Source of the DNA: Selaginella moellendorffii
Taxonomy: Eukaryota; Plantae; Lycopodiophyta
Assembly (NCBI RefSeq): GCF_000143415.4
Contig: NW_003314265.1
Location: 1,570,446-1,634,445 of the forward strand
DNA: 64,000 bases
Reading direction: 5' to 3'
Of this stretch, positions 46,057 to 60,133 are shown piece by piece. The position numbers and the translations under genes were made by a program. The notes under the pieces were generated by a model that made no database searches, was not told where the DNA came from, and saw only the letters and a list, made by a program, of their open reading frames with translations. Each line of letters opens with the position of its first letter. The first letter of the stretch is position 1.

Positions 46057-48276
46057 ATGGGCAAGAAGCAGCACAGCAAGGATCGGCTCTTCATCACACG
46101 CACGGAATGGGCGACGGAATGGGGAGGCGCCAAGGACAGGGACGTGCGCCTTCCGTTCAAGCGCCTTCCATACTACTGCTGCGCGTAAGTTTTTCGATTT
46201 CATGATTTCTAGCAGGACCTGGGAAAATGTGGTGTTCTAGGCTTACTTTCACGCCATTCTCCGATCCAATGTGTACGAAAGAGGGGCACGTCTTCGAGCT
46301 CATGTAAGCTGATTTTTCTTCGTTTTTCCTGACTTTTTTCCAGGCATATCGTGCCTTATGTGCAGAAGCATAAGAAGAATCCTGTCACTGGCACTCCTCT
46401 CAGCTTGAAGGATTTGATCAAGCTAGAGTTTCACAAAAACGCAGATGGTGAGCGAGTCATGCTGCTCTTTGATTGGTTTTGAGCGTTGCCTTTTGACTCT
46501 AGTTTCTTGTGTGCAGGAGAGTATCACTGTCCTGTCCTTCACAAAGTCTTCACAGAATTCACACACATTGTTGCGATTAAGACGACTGGGAACGTCTTCT
46601 CGTACGAGGTTTGCAATCAGCTATAGAAGTAATCTATTGTTTCAATTTGTAGTTCTGTAGGCAATCAAGGAGCTCAATTTGAAGGCCAAAAACTGGAAAG
46701 AACTTCTAACTGATGAACCCTTTACCAGGAACGATATAATCACCATTCAGGTAAATAATTGTTTGCGTCATCTTAAATCTGACAAGACATTCTGTTATGA
46801 CTGAAAGGATCCTAACCAGCTCGAGACAAAAGTTCTGTCAGAGTTCGATCATGTTCAAAAGGAAATTATTGTCGAAAGTGAAGGTATGCGTGTTTCTGTG
46901 TCTTTTCAGTTCGTTGCAATATCTTGTGTTGTAGAGATGAGGAAGATGAAAGAAGACCCGGAGTACTACATCAACATGTCCGAAGATACCAAGCGTATGC
47001 TGCGAGATCTGGGAACCGAGAAAGCGAAACAAGTGGCAGACGAAGGTGGTGGTGGTGGTAAAGCTCAGACACAGCGTGCTGCCGCTCTTGCGGCTGTGAA
47101 ATCAGCTAAAGAGATTCCTGAGGACACAACTCCTGCTCCAGCAATGAGCATTGTTGACAAAGCGTCTGCTGCTCTACACGGGAAAACTCACGCCTCCGCC
47201 AAAGCGCTGAGTGCAGAGAAGTCCGCTGCTCGTGTTGCTGCTCATGTCGCCGGCGAGCGTGTGCCCGTTAACACGCAGCTGGTGAAGAGCCGGTATTCGT
47301 CCGGGGCTGCTTCTCGATCATTAACTTCAACAACGTACGCTCCAGTGACGACGAACGAAGAGGAGTTTGTGAAAGCGGAAAAAAATCCGAAAAAGAAAGG
47401 ATACGCCAAGCTTCAAACCACGCATGGCGAGCTTAACATCGAGCTGCACTGCGACATGGCACCACGGACGTGCGAGAACTTCCTGACCCTTTGCGAGCGC
47501 GGCTACTACGATGGTGTCATATTTCATCGAAACATCAGGTTTGTCCTAGATTTTGGAGATTCCATCTTGACGTTTCTATTCTCTCAGGAATTTCATGATT
47601 CAAGGAGGCGATCCCACAGGCACGGGACACGGAGGGAAGTCTATATGGGGAAAGCCTTTCAAAGATGAGTTTCACTCCAAGCTGCAACATTCCGGCAGAG
47701 GCATACTAAGCATGGCCAACAGTGGTCCTCACAGTAACGGTTCGCAGTTTTTTATTCTCTACAAGTCGGCACCACATTTGAATCGCAAGCACACGGTGTT
47801 TGGCAACGTGGTGGGAGGCATCGAAGCTTTGTCTATTATGGATAAAGTTCCTGTAGACGATGAGGATCGTCCTTTGGTAAGCTCTTGTCCTTTCCCGTGT
47901 CTCTGCCTTATACTTTACTCATGCAGGAAGAAATCAAAATCCTGAAGGCTTCGGTTTACGTGAACCCGTACACAGAACCAGAGGAACCAGAAGAACAAAA
48001 ACACAAAGCCGAAGAAACAGAGACGGAGAACGTGAGTCCCACACTTTTTTATTCTCTAAATGTATTTGAGCTCATGAGGAAGCACTGTTTTCCCAGGACA
48101 AGGTCGGATCATGGTACAGCAATCCACCTGTATCGACTGGCGGCGGAGTTGCCAAATACCTTAAATCAAGCGGGAAGCTAGCTTCGTCTCTACATGCTGA
48201 CAGCGAAGAGCTGCCAAGGAAAAAGATCACTGCTGACTCTGGCGGAGTTGCATTTAAAGACTTCTCCGGATGGTGA
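46057..48276 (+). CDS. CYP65: U-box cyclophilin CYP65/PUB49 (PPIL2)
   Basis: [30 protein letters not shown], cyclophilin domain ([26 protein letters not shown]), C-terminal DFSGW*. Confidence 0.93.
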
Positions 48277-48576
48277 TATCAAACGCTCGTGACTAGAGCT
48301 TTGATTCATCCATCTTCGTCTAAATCGAGACTGGAAAGGAGTAAGTCTTCCCATTTCTAAAGCTGAGCATTCATATCTCCTACATTATGACTTCCAGGTT
48401 TCTCGTAGATTTGAGCGGCGAGGACCTCGCTCGGTATGTCTGTAAAACTTTTCTGTATTGACAGTATATTATTCTCTCCCTCTTGCAAAATTATCTCCTC
48501 TAAAACGGTCCCTCTACGAGACAGATATGCCTGTAAAAGCTCTGTGCGCGTTCTCTACGGTTGAATGCTTCCAAGG

Positions 48577-51043
48577 TTATCTCATGTTACAGCACTGAGC
48601 ATCGCCTTTTTGCAGCTTGTCCCACATACACAACATCTGGCGCGGCGATTGATAATGTGCCGTGTAGTAATCTTCGACGCAACCCCATTGACAAAACTTG
48701 AGATTGTGGACGTAGTGAACCGCCTGTGCGAGATTGAACTGGACGACCCACATTCCCATGCTCACGTCTTCCATCTTGAACAGCTGAAAGAGGAGAAGGG
48801 CATATATAAAGTAAGCAATCTCCTCGTACTACGAGATCAAAGTTTCCTTACTCTCAGTGTGTGGTTGTTTTGCTGTTGTAAGATGAACTCGGCGATGTCC
48901 GACGAGATGACGTACCCCGGGCCATTAGCGTAAGGAGGATACTCTTCCTCGGGCCACTCCTGCGAACTCTCTCGATAAGCAACGACAAAGAGGAAGAAAC
49001 AAAGATTTACCTCGTAAGTTACAGCCCATTTGCCTTCTCTCAATGGTCTGTGAAATTGGTTGATGTTACCCATGTAGAGTCCGGGGGCCTTCTTAGTGTT
49101 CTTCAACAAGTTGGCAATCGTTTCCACCCTCACAAAGGTATCATCGTCAGTTTTCATTACGTTCTTTGCTGATACGTTCCTAATCTGTGCCACACAGCAA
49201 AGATGAACGTGAGTTTTCCTATAGACTCAACGAAGAAGCTCACCGCATATTCACAAATCGCGACAGTCTTGAGAACAACGAGATCGTAGTGATCAATGAA
49301 AGGCAACATCACCATATCGCCAAAATATTCTGCTTCCTCTCTCACTTGTAAGTTGATCTCAAGGTCAGAATGCTGCAACAACATAGTCGCTCCACGGATC
49401 AGAAACAAAACTTCCAACAGATAAGACAAGACAAGCAGCTGCTTACCAGTGCGACGAAAAATCTCGCGACCACCAGCGATGATCGAATAGACGTCGATTG
49501 CATCCACGTCTTCCGGACGGCCATTCTCTCCGCAAAGTGGTTGCTTGCCGAGAGGATTCCTATGAAGAGATGGACGGATCCACCCGGTAGAGGAGGAGCC
49601 TTATATTGCTCCGACTCTTCCAGCGGGAGATCCGACGAAACCACCGAGTGTGACGATGGTAAGCCCGTCGCAACAACGGAGCGAACCTCAACATCGCCGC
49701 CAATGGCAAAACCAGTGGCTTCCTCGAGGATGAATCCCTGCAAAAAAGAGGAGCTTGTAAGTTTCCCAGTCAAGAAAAAAGACATTTTTCTCGAACTTAC
49801 AGTCCGGTATGGAAAAGAAGTGATGTGCCTGCCATCGACACTAACGTGGTACCCCTCCCATCCAGCCCGAATCGTCAAGACGAACAGCCTCTCCTCGGCA
49901 AACGGGTACCGCCAGTCCAATCCTCCCTTCTCGGGCTCTGGTATCCAAGTGTTGAGCCAAGTGTTCGCGTTCTTCCCGGGAATTCGCGTAGCAGCGTTAC
50001 TACTGCTGCCCTTGCTGCTACTCCCTTCCTCCTCTCTCAGCCAGTTCTCGCATCTCGGCAATCCATCCACTGCGAAGAACAGCGTAAGAAACCAACCTTT
50101 CGCGAAAGCTTTGCCATGACTTACCAGCTTCTTCATCCGGAGAGAGCCATCCCTCGCAGCGGAGCGCGGCGCCCCACTGCCCGCGGTAGCAAGTGTTCAT
50201 CTCGATCACGGGGTTGCCGCTCCAGTCGCCCCGGAGCCGCGGATTTACGTGGAGAATTCGCGGCGGGTCCTCCCCGTTCACCAGCTTGAGCCCGCGGAGC
50301 TCCACCATGAACTGCGACACCATCACGTCGCTCTGGCCGTCGGGCAGCATCCTTATGTGTGGCGAGTTCTCGGGGTGGGCTTTGAGAGGCCGCGCGACGA
50401 GCGTGACCGAGGAGCCCGACGCCAGGCCGCACGGTATGACCGCGACGTTGGCGGTACCGCGCAGCTCGTCGCCGGAGACGATCACCACCTGGGGGCACTG
50501 CGAGTTCTTGCGCGGCGGCGACGAGGCCAGCGTGGTGAGGTTGCTGCTGTGCTGCTTTGCCGCCGCCGGCGAGGCGGCGAAGTTGGACTCGACGAGCTGC
50601 CACATCTTGGCGCCGGCGACGCGGGCGGCGCGGGCGGCGTGGAGCAGCGCGGTAGCCGAGGACGCGGGTGGTGGCGAGCTTCGTTCCTCCTCTCCTCCTT
50701 CCACTGGACGTGGCTTGGGCAATCCCTGTTCTTCCTGGGGATGGTTCTTACTGCTCGAGGACGGGCCAGAGCTCGAGGATCCATGGTGTTGCGGGGAGCG
50801 TGTAGACGAGAGATCTTCTTTAGCTCCATCTATGAGAGCTCGGCGAGGCTTGGCTGGGATCTCTTCCCTGAGCTCCTGCTGCGTCGACGCACCGACCGCC
50901 TTGAGCTGCGCCCTGGGCTGGAACAGATTTGGGGCTTCCAGCGTCATGGCGATCAGGCACAGCCCCACCACGCCCAGCATCACGCGGATGATCCGAAGCC
51001 GGCTCCACGGCGCTACCTCCCATCTCGATGGACTTTTCCTCAT
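48577..51043 (-). CDS. GT31 galactosyltransferase with galectin domain (Hyp-O-galactosyltransferase GALT-like)
   Basis: N-terminal transmembrane segment, [76 protein letters not shown]. Confidence 0.94.
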
Positions 51044-52428
51044 CCTATCCTCCCTGGATCCTCGCCGGAGAGGGGAAGAAGAGCAAGAAAGAGAAAGCGA
51101 GAGAGAGAGAGAGATAGAGAGAGACCAAAAGCGACTGTGGTGGCTCAATCTAGCTCCTCCCAAGATGCTGGAAGCTCTCTCCCAGCCCAGAAATCTCTGC
51201 CCGTGACCGCCTCTTACACATCGCACTGCCAAATCCGATCCGGCCGCTCGAGTCAAAGCGCCTCCTTCCCTTACCCTCCTTGCCTACCACTGCCGCTGCT
51301 CTAGCGCTACCGCCATAGCAAGGGCCTGGATCCCCGCATCGTCGTCACCGCCACCGCGGCCTTGACGCCGTGTGATCCCACCGAGGGCGACGGCGCCGCG
51401 CGTCCGCTCGCGCCGGATGAATCCAAATCCCGGAATCCCCCACCATTTTAATTCTCCGGATTCCAAATTAGCGCCCCAGCGCCTATCCCGATCGATCGCT
51501 CCCACCTCGCGAATAGAAAGAACCCTATTTTTTTCTTCTCCCGCAGGCAGCGCAGCAGCTTATTTTCGGGAGGAGACTGTACGGCTGGCTCGCGACATCG
51601 CCGTCCGTACGCGGTGTTTCCGTTGGCCGTGTCAGACCGTCGACCTGGCAGCCACGTCGCGCCACGCCGGCGCGGTGGGGCGCCACGTCGGCCCATAACG
51701 GCTTTTGGCCCAGCCCTAGATTCTGTCCTGATAACTTTGTGTGAGACACATATACATGTCGTCGTCATGTCCCACCCCACGCCATTTTCTTTGAGCGCAA
51801 AGAATGCCTGGGTTAGAATTAGGTCTGACAAAAGGTGGTGGGGGGTGGCGGGCAGAATATATGTGGTGGGCAACACACGGAAAGAAGGCATATTTTGGAG
51901 GGCGGCTCTGGGTAGAATCATAGGATTTTTACCCTTAAGACAATCATCCCTGGTATGATTTGCATCCAACCATGTATTTGATATCCGTTCTTGTTCTTTT
52001 CTTTGTTGTTGTTTAACCAAGAAGATTGGGCGGATTTGTCCGGCTGGCATTCAAGGCACGCATCTTTCTTTAGCGAAATTGGTGGACACTTCGCTCTCGC
52101 GAATAGAAAATCTTCTACCGAAGGACAAACATATGTCCATTTAGTTTGAAGAAGCGATTTATACGGTTGGTGTTGATGTTATTGTCTTGCTCTTGCTGGT
52201 GGGCATAGCCATAGCCTAGGGTGGTGGGACTTTATAACCAAACCCCTGCATTTCTCGTTACCAAGAAAGATCCACTCCACCAGATATTTGGAAACGCCAG
52301 GACTCGAACCCCAGGCACAAATAAAGAAATCACATCTTAGGGTTTAGGGCTTGGAGCTTCAAGAATGAATGGGATGGCGATGGCGCTAGAGAGGTGAGCG
52401 GCATTCTAGTCGATAGGTCTCCACTGCC

Positions 52429-54218
52429 ATGGCCGCGGAGGTCGCCAAGACCGTGGCGCTCGCGGACATCCCGACGCTCCACTCGGATGGCGCTGCCGCG
52501 GTAGCCAAGAAGGATGAGTATGAGGTGTCCGAGGCGAGCAAGGTCGCGCGGGAGAAGCATGAGAAGGACATGGAGAGGATCTTGCTCCAGCGGCGGGCGG
52601 CTGCGCTGGCGGTCCCGACCAGCGATGCCGCCGTGAAGGAGAAGCTGCGGCAGATGGGCCAGCCGGTGACGCTGTTTGGGGAGCGCGAGATGGAGCGCCG
52701 GGACCGGCTGCGCTACCTCATGGCCGATGAGGGTGGTGATCGGCTCCCCCAGAAGCAGGAGGCCAAGGAGGAGTCCGTCAAGATCTCGGCTGTCCAGAAG
52801 AGCACCTTCTACACCGAGGGCACTGCGGACTTGCTGCGAGCGAGGATGGAGATCCTCCACTTCTCCGTTCCTCGCGCCGCCGACAGGATTGCTCGAGCGA
52901 AGCGGAAGAGGGAGAATCCGGACGAGGACGAGGAGCAGGAGATCAAGTCGGTGCTCAAATCCGTCGCCAACTTCTCGCTGGATTGCAGTGAGATTGGCGA
53001 CGACAGGCCCTTGACGGGATGCGCATTCTCGCCAGACTCGGCGCTTCTCGCTACGTGGTACGTGAAAGTTTTTGTTTTCAGCAGAGCTAGTTTTCAGTAT
53101 GTTCTTTGTCATTCATCTTTTGTTTGTTTGTTTGTGTATCGCAGTGGCTGGACTGGTGTCGCAAAGATCTGGAGCGTGCCCGACGTGAAAAAAGTGGGAG
53201 CGCTCAAAGGCCATCACACGGAGAGGTTAACGGACGTCGTCTTCTCTCCCGATGGACAGAACATAGCGACAGCATCTGCGGATCGGACAGCCATGGTCTG
53301 GGACCTTCAAGGAAACATGAAGATGGCTTTCAAGGGCCACTTGACGCGCCTGGCGAGGATCGCGTTCCATCCATCGGGAGCCTACATTGGAACGACCAGC
53401 TTCGACAAAACTTGGAGGCTCTGGGATGTGAACACCGGAGCGGAGGTGCTGCTGCAAGAGGGCCACAGCCGGGGCCTGTACGGAATCGCTTTCCAGTGCG
53501 ATGGCTCGCTGGTGGCTTCCTGCGGCATGGATGCCTTGACCCGTGTGTGGGATCTTCGTACCGGACGGAGTATCATGGCTCTGGAGGGTCATGTGAAGCC
53601 GGTGCTGGGTGTGGATTTCTCGAAGAACGGCTACCACTTAGCAACCGGAGGAGAGGATCATACGTGCAAGATCTGGGACTTGAGGAGGAAGGCAATGCTC
53701 TACACCATTCCGGCTCACTCCTCCCTGATTTCCCAGGTGAAGTACGAGCGCGAAGATGGATACTATCTCATGACAGCTTCTTTTGACAACACGGCCAAGG
53801 TTCGTACAAAGCTGCTTTTGCACGTCTTACGTGTGAGTTCCTTCTTGCAGGCATGGTCGGGACGCGATTTCAAGCCCGTGAAGACGCTATCGGGACACGA
53901 AGGGAAGCTCACAGGCGTTGATGTAACTTCTGGTATTTGTTTTTCCCTGCTCTTTTATTGGTACGCTTCAGAGATCAGGAATTGACGTGACTGCTTGTTT
54001 TCGCAGACAACCAGTACGTTGTTACAGTGGCTCACGACAGGACAATCAAGCTGTGGTCGCAGAAGAACAGCCCAGCGGATGACAAAGAAGATGAAGAAAT
54101 GCCTGACGTGGGAGAGGGAGAGCAGCAGCAGCATGAGACACAAGAACTCGCAGAAATGGAATCAGAAAAGGAAGAACAAGAAGATGACGAAGGAGAAATG
54201 GAGCCTCCTGTTCAATAG
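52429..54218 (+). CDS. PRP4: U4/U6 snRNP protein PRP4 (WD40)
   Basis: VPTSD..VK..LR.MGQPVTLFGE..ERRDRLR (PRP4 motif), FYTEG, SEIGDDRP, WD40 repeats, acidic tail. Confidence 0.94.
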
Positions 54219-55141
54219 CATCCGTCGTCATGAGATTCGCGGCTCCAGGAGGTGGCGATGGAGACAAGCTAACAAATGGACGCAAGTACTCCCAGGCAAT
54301 GTGTGTTCTTTCTTTTCCTTCCGAGCTGCTGACCAGGTACTTTACGTTTCGTTCGTCCTCGCCAGATAACTTGGAAGTGATGGAGCAGATCAAGACGAAG
54401 CTAGTCTTTGGTTATCCAGCTTACTTACTTTCTCTCCCACGGCGTCGTGGATGAGGAGGGTGTCAGTGGAGGTGGCTGTGATCGCGTCCCCACTCGAAAT
54501 ATCCCATCTCCTGGCTCAGCAGCGATTGCAAGTAGTTACTCTTGATGCCAGAAAGGGAGTGCTTAGAAATGGTACCCGGTGCGGCAGTCACAACAATCCC
54601 ACGCCGAACGCAAGAAGAGGCAGCCATTCTTATTTTCACAGAAAATATCCATCTATAAGCATTACCATGGCTTGACTCGCCATAAGCGTCATTAATCTTC
54701 CCAAACTGGAGGATGATAATCAGCGCCAGCAACTAGCAACAACATATCCGTGGACGCAAAACCAAGCAGCGGCTTGGCTGCGCATCTCGTTATTTATCTC
54801 TGGCGAGTCGACATTGTTGGCATTTGGATCGCGGCTACATAAAACAAGCACCAGCGCCCTTATTCCCTAAGCGTGCGTTGCTTGTACGAGCTTCTAGTGG
54901 GAGCCAAACAACTTTACCTTTCATAATCGCTTCCGCTTTTCGGACCTCCAATCACAAAAAACCTGCATGCATTCCTCTCCATCAATAAAAAAAAAAGGGT
55001 GGTGCCACCTCTGGATGTAAACCAGCGCCTATCATAACTCCTTCATGGCAACAATGGGATTTGTCTCATTTGACCTTTTGGAATATCTACTAAATCCCCT
55101 TCCAAAAATATTTGATTAGGGTTTAAGAGGGTGTTTCGCCC

Positions 55142-56367
55142 ATGGAGATGCCAGCGTGGATCTCCCTCTGCTACGAGGGCACGTACTACGTTCTCTACAA
55201 ACCGTGGGGGCAGCTCGAGTTCGTCGGCGAGCGACTCGTAGCGCTGCTCGCGGATCATCCGGACCCGAAAGAATGGAGGCGCCTGCTCGAAAACGCCGTC
55301 TTCATCCAGGTGATCGCACCGTGGTGATCAAGGCTCAAGCTTTGATCTTTTTTTCTTCCCTCCGCCTAACTCGTGTGTGTGCTCGACAGTGCCAAGATCG
55401 AGAGAGAAGCGAGCATCAACCCTCGGACGCGATCATCGACGCAGTCCGCGACTACATGCTTGCTGACGCCCGGCGTGAACGAGAATACCTGGAAGATATG
55501 GGGCAATTCTACATTATGAGCAGGAGTGCTGCTCTGAAAGCGAGGATGGCGATCCTCGAGGACCCTGTCCGGTTCCGGGACTTCATCCGGAACGAGGCCG
55601 AGAATTTAATGGGAGGAAGAAACGAGTGGGCGTTCCTGTGCCTGAACATCGAGTCCCACGAGCGACTCTGGTTTCGCTTGCTCGAGCTCGGCGTGTTAGT
55701 GTCGAATGAAGAGCCGGACATGGAGCCGCCGCAGCTTGACCTCGACATGGGGTACGTCTACATCATCGACTTGGATGCCGGAACTTTCTCGATCAGCTCC
55801 CGCCATGTTCTACGTTCGGGTACCTGGAAGGTAAGCTTTTCTGGATTCACGTCGGAAGTCTCCATTGTTTCTTCCTGGTGTCTTTGTGTAGATGGGGAAG
55901 ATCCCCAAGAACTGGCGGCGACGTCTCCAAATTCCAGTGCCCTGGATCGAGCTAGCGACTGCGTACTCGCCCGCTGTCAAGAAGATCGTCCTGGAGAGGC
56001 TCAACAACGGTGGCAACTGGCTGTTTCGCATGGTGGTCGACAAGCTCAGCTCTCCATACCAGAGCTTCGACGAGTGTCTCAACATCCTGCAGCTCATCCA
56101 GAACTTTTTGTTCGTCGAGGACGGTGATCATGGCAAAGCTGCGTATGCCAAGATTAAAACGAGCCAGGTACGTTTAGCACAGGACCAGGCTCAGGAGGTA
56201 AGTAACTCTCCTCAAGTGTTTTCTACAAACTCTTTGTTTTCTTATAGGCGCAAGAAGAGGACGAGGAGCCTTGGGTTGAAGAGGAAGAGGAAGAGGGAAG
56301 CTGCGGCATCGGGGGTGAAGGGCAGTTTGCATTGCGCACGGTTTTAGCGGTCCTGCTTTCTATGTGA
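55142..56367 (+). CDS. Hypothetical protein, 4 exons, with ...YVYIIDLD motif; 3' end uncertain
   Basis: Three phase-0 GT-AG introns join the ORF pieces in frame (..FIQ|CQD..TWK|MGK..AQE|AQEE..); telobox about 25 bp upstream. Confidence 0.65.
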
Positions 56368-56896
56368 GCCCGCCAACTTAGGAAACTTTTAAGCTTGGGA
56401 GCTTTGCAGTTCATCATCGTTCTTCTCCTTCCAGCTTTTAAGTTTGGATCGCCACTCGACAAGGTGGATCTCGATCACTTGTGCTGCAGCCGGAAAACTA
56501 GCTGCATTCGAGATGCTCTCAGGTATGACCCAGTTGAATAAGCAGTGGGGCTTCAAACTTGGTGCCATTCTCATTTCACCACAATCACTTGAGGGAACGC
56601 TCTCAATTCCGACCAAGAGAGCCAAGATGAGGAGTAGTGGTACGAGCAGGAACTTAACGAGAAAGAGCTTGTGGAACTTAGCGACGACGATGATAGTGCT
56701 CCAGACGAGCGCTCGCGGTCGGACTAGAACATCAGTCAGGTACTGTGACCGTTGCTAATCTATATCATGCCGAGTGAAGTTCTCAAGGAGAATCACTCTT
56801 GGTTATCCAAGCAAAATATTTCTTACATCTAGCCTAGTGGGCGCGATATCAAACTAAAGTTAGGGCTTGGGATAGGGAGGGAAGAAATCGAGGAGG

Positions 56897-57282
56897 ATGG
56901 GTTTTATCAAGGAATTCGCGGAGCACTGGATCCGGCAGATGATGGAGGACCCGCGCGAGCGGGAGCGGCTGTGGAAGGAGCGCATGGTGGTGGCCAAGCG
57001 GCGGAGCGACAAGAATCTCGAGTACTGGTCACTCCCCGTCAAGCCTTACGGCTTCTGGCAGGCGCCCAAGTACACCAAGGTCTACTACTACAAGCTCCAC
57101 CAGAGCAACATCAAGGGCCGCCAGGATCCCTTTGATGTCATCCAGCCCGACTTGATCAACCACATCGAGCGCCCCGCATTCCTTGGTAAGTTTTGCTTCC
57201 TCTTTAGTTTCTTCTTGCGTGTTCTTAGCTTATCGAGTTCTCTCTCTTTTTTACAGATCCAGATGGCTATCCTCTGGACTGA
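56897..57282 (+). CDS. Plant-specific mitochondrial complex I subunit P1-like
   Basis: MGFIKEFAE...MMEDPRERER...WSLPVKPYGFW...GRQDPFD matches the recalled Arabidopsis P1 pattern MGFIMEFAE...WALPIRPYGFW...GRRDPYD. Confidence 0.85.
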
Positions 57283-57514
57283 GCGAGTGAAATCGATCGA
57301 GAGAGAATAACTTTGAAAGACAAATATATCTTTCGACCTTGTTCAAACAACAAAAGCTTACGTGATTGCGCTTATTTGTGTCCCGAGTGAGGATCAACTT
57401 TTTTAGCTCACTCTGTGCTATATCCAATGTTTGGACAATCGAAGCTATACATCCCTGGGGTTGTAAGAGAAACAAATAAGAATCGATAAAAATCACCCGC
57501 GAGGAGGAAAGTCT

Positions 57515-60133
57515 TCAGCTCGAGGGGCTTCCCTTCTGTGCTTGCTGCTGCGCGATCTCCTTGCGAGAAGCCTCCCACAGCTGGTCCTCGATGCCCAGCT
57601 TTCGGAGCTCCATCAGGCCTCGCTCCACTGCGAGTTTGAGGCATTGGTTAGATGCCGGAGATGACGAAAGAAAGATCATACCATCAACAGCGTCATGGAA
57701 CGTCGGAGAAACTGCATTCCGACTGGCCCAGTACTGCAGCCGCTCATCAGCGATGTCGGATTCGATCTTGTTGGCTCTTGCTCGACGCCAAAAATAAGAC
57801 AACCACGCCTGTGATACAGCCGCTGTGAAACACTTCGAAATGTAGTGAGGTTTTCTACCTGTTTGAATTGTACATCTTCTACTTCCTCGCTACTCAAGTC
57901 TGGTAACCAAAGATGATAATTAGACGAGGCAAAGAAGCGAATGCCAAAGAAGTTTACCCATGGATTCCACGAGTTTGGGACCATCTGGCGAGGCTCTTGC
58001 ATCTGGAAGTTTAAAAGTTTGTAATTGAAGAGAAATGCAAGTTTTGTACCTGGCAGGCTGTGGCCAACTCTTAACAAACTTGGACGCCGATGCTCAGCCA
58101 TTGCAAGGAGAACTCCATCTTCGACCTTCACAAACCAAACAATTACTTTGACAATCCAAAGGCTGGCACTAACCTTCAATGATGCAAGCTCTCGCAAGCC
58201 TTTCTCTACAGAGAGCATGCTTTCTATGTTGCCTTCGCCAGTGATATCATTTACATCGCGCGACGCCTTCTTTCCGTCTCCATTGGCTGAAGTTTATATC
58301 GAACTCAAGCATGTTGTTGAAGTAAAGAATTACCTGTAGACTCATTGCTGCCTTTTTGTCCGACATCCAAGACAACTTCCAGAGGTAAAGGAGCGAAGGA
58401 GGACCAGTACTCATATTTCAGAGGAGCTGTCTCCGGATGAACTCCTGTACTCACGAGATCAATCAAGATGTACGCTAAGATAAACATCTTACCGTGACGT
58501 ACAGCGAGCCCCCAATACCGTGCAAGCCAGCAACGTTTGAGAACGACCTCTTCCTGGAAAACGCGTTCGGTCAGAGCACCAAGATCCTTCGAGTAAAAAC
58601 CATTTCTTCTTGAGTCAAGATCATCCTGTGCGTCATTGTTCTCAACGCTTTGGCTTCCGCTTCCGCTTCCAGTGCTTTTGACGATGCCGATACAGCTTCG
58701 TCTCTGGCGGCCTGAATTCCAGGCAGTCAGATGGCATAAAAACAATACTCGATGTAGGATACCTCTGCTTCTAGACGAAGCGCTGCAATCTCGTCATCTT
58801 TCACATCTCTATTTTGTTTTGCAGCTTTTAGAGCAGCCTATGCATTTGTCGTGTAAAATAAACTTCATACAAGAAGAAAAATAAGCAAAGACAAACCTCA
58901 CGCTGCTTCAGTGCTGCTTCTTTCCTGAATTACAATCAATGGAGTTAGAAGGCAAAACTGCAGCCAGACCAGTACCTATGAAGCAGCCGAGCTTCCAGAG
59001 AAATACCTTCTCCAAGACTTGCAACCTGGGAAGCGAGAAAAGAAAAGAGATCACAGAGATGAAAGCCAGTATTTACCTGCTTCTCAAGCTCTCTTGCTCT
59101 TGCTTCAGATGCTTGCAGTTTTTCTTCGGCAAGGCGTAACTGCAACGAAAAAAGTCACATGACATTCAACAAGTAGAAACTAACCTTGTCAAGACGAAGT
59201 TGGTTTTCTTCTTCAAGTACTTCAAGCTACAAGCCAGTGTTGATGAAAATTTCACAAGTTTGAGCATAATATACCTCATCACGAAGTACAGCAGCTTCAC
59301 GTCTCGAGATTCCGGACTCTTGCCTTTGATGGTGAACCGGATCCGCAGCAGGCCTGCATCAAGAAGATAAACATCAGACCACGTTCGAAAGAAACCGAAA
59401 ACACGAGCCCCAATATATGAAACGGAGAAAGAGAAATCACGAAAACCACTCGACCACCTTCTATCCCGACGAAAGTCAGCATCCACGGAAGGTTCTGGCA
59501 CTCGTTGTGGCTGTGTGGAAAACGAGGGTGGCTTCACTCGACCAGATGACGCGGGTGCCAAAGGAGGAACTAAAGGCGTAGGGCGCAATGGTCTGCCCGC
59601 AGAGGCCGAGCGTTGATGGTCACTCCCACTTTCGTCCCGACTCCTCACTAGCTGGTATTTGATAAGAAGTTCACTATCAGTCCAGACCCAATCCCAAAAA
59701 CTCGTGAGAACAAAGACTGTGAAGCTATGGCAGCAAACAGAAAAAGAAGAGAGGCCGAGCATCTCCAAACTTCGTGTCTCACGAGCAAAGAACGTTTTTC
59801 CTCACGGAAAGGAAGACAAACAAAGGATGACGAACTTACCCCTGGAGACTGGGCTCTGGTCGAGAAATTGCTGGTTTTTACGCGGTAGGATTGCGATTGC
59901 TGTGCGAACTGGAGATCGTCGTCTTCGTCGTCATCGTCCTGTGGATGCGACGCTTGCATCAAGCTAGCGAGGCGCGCAGCCGCCGCCTTGGCGGAGTAAT
60001 TCGGCCTTCGCATCGCTCCCAGGGAGCCCGATCGGACGTGATGCGCCGGATGCGCCGGCGACATGGCAGGAGATGAAGTGGCGCTCTCATTGCTCCTCTG
60101 CCTCGATATTACGGGGCTCCCATTCCTGTCCAT
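57515..60133 (-). CDS. SCD2: Coiled-coil protein SCD2
   Basis: [84 protein letters not shown]. Confidence 0.92.

Noticed and set aside
51768-52230. gtcccacc / ggtgggac inverted pair as MITE ends or snRNA USE
   Set aside because: Only about 8 bp match, with no TSD, correctly spaced TATA or snRNA body.
54230-54800. Short ORFs, including a signal-peptide-like minus-strand segment
   Set aside because: No in-frame ATG for the hydrophobic stretch and no recognisable domain.
58710-58762. Possible U12-type intron in SCD2 (GTATCCTA donor)
   Set aside because: The donor departs from GTATCCTT and there is no TCCTTAAC branch site; most likely U2-type.
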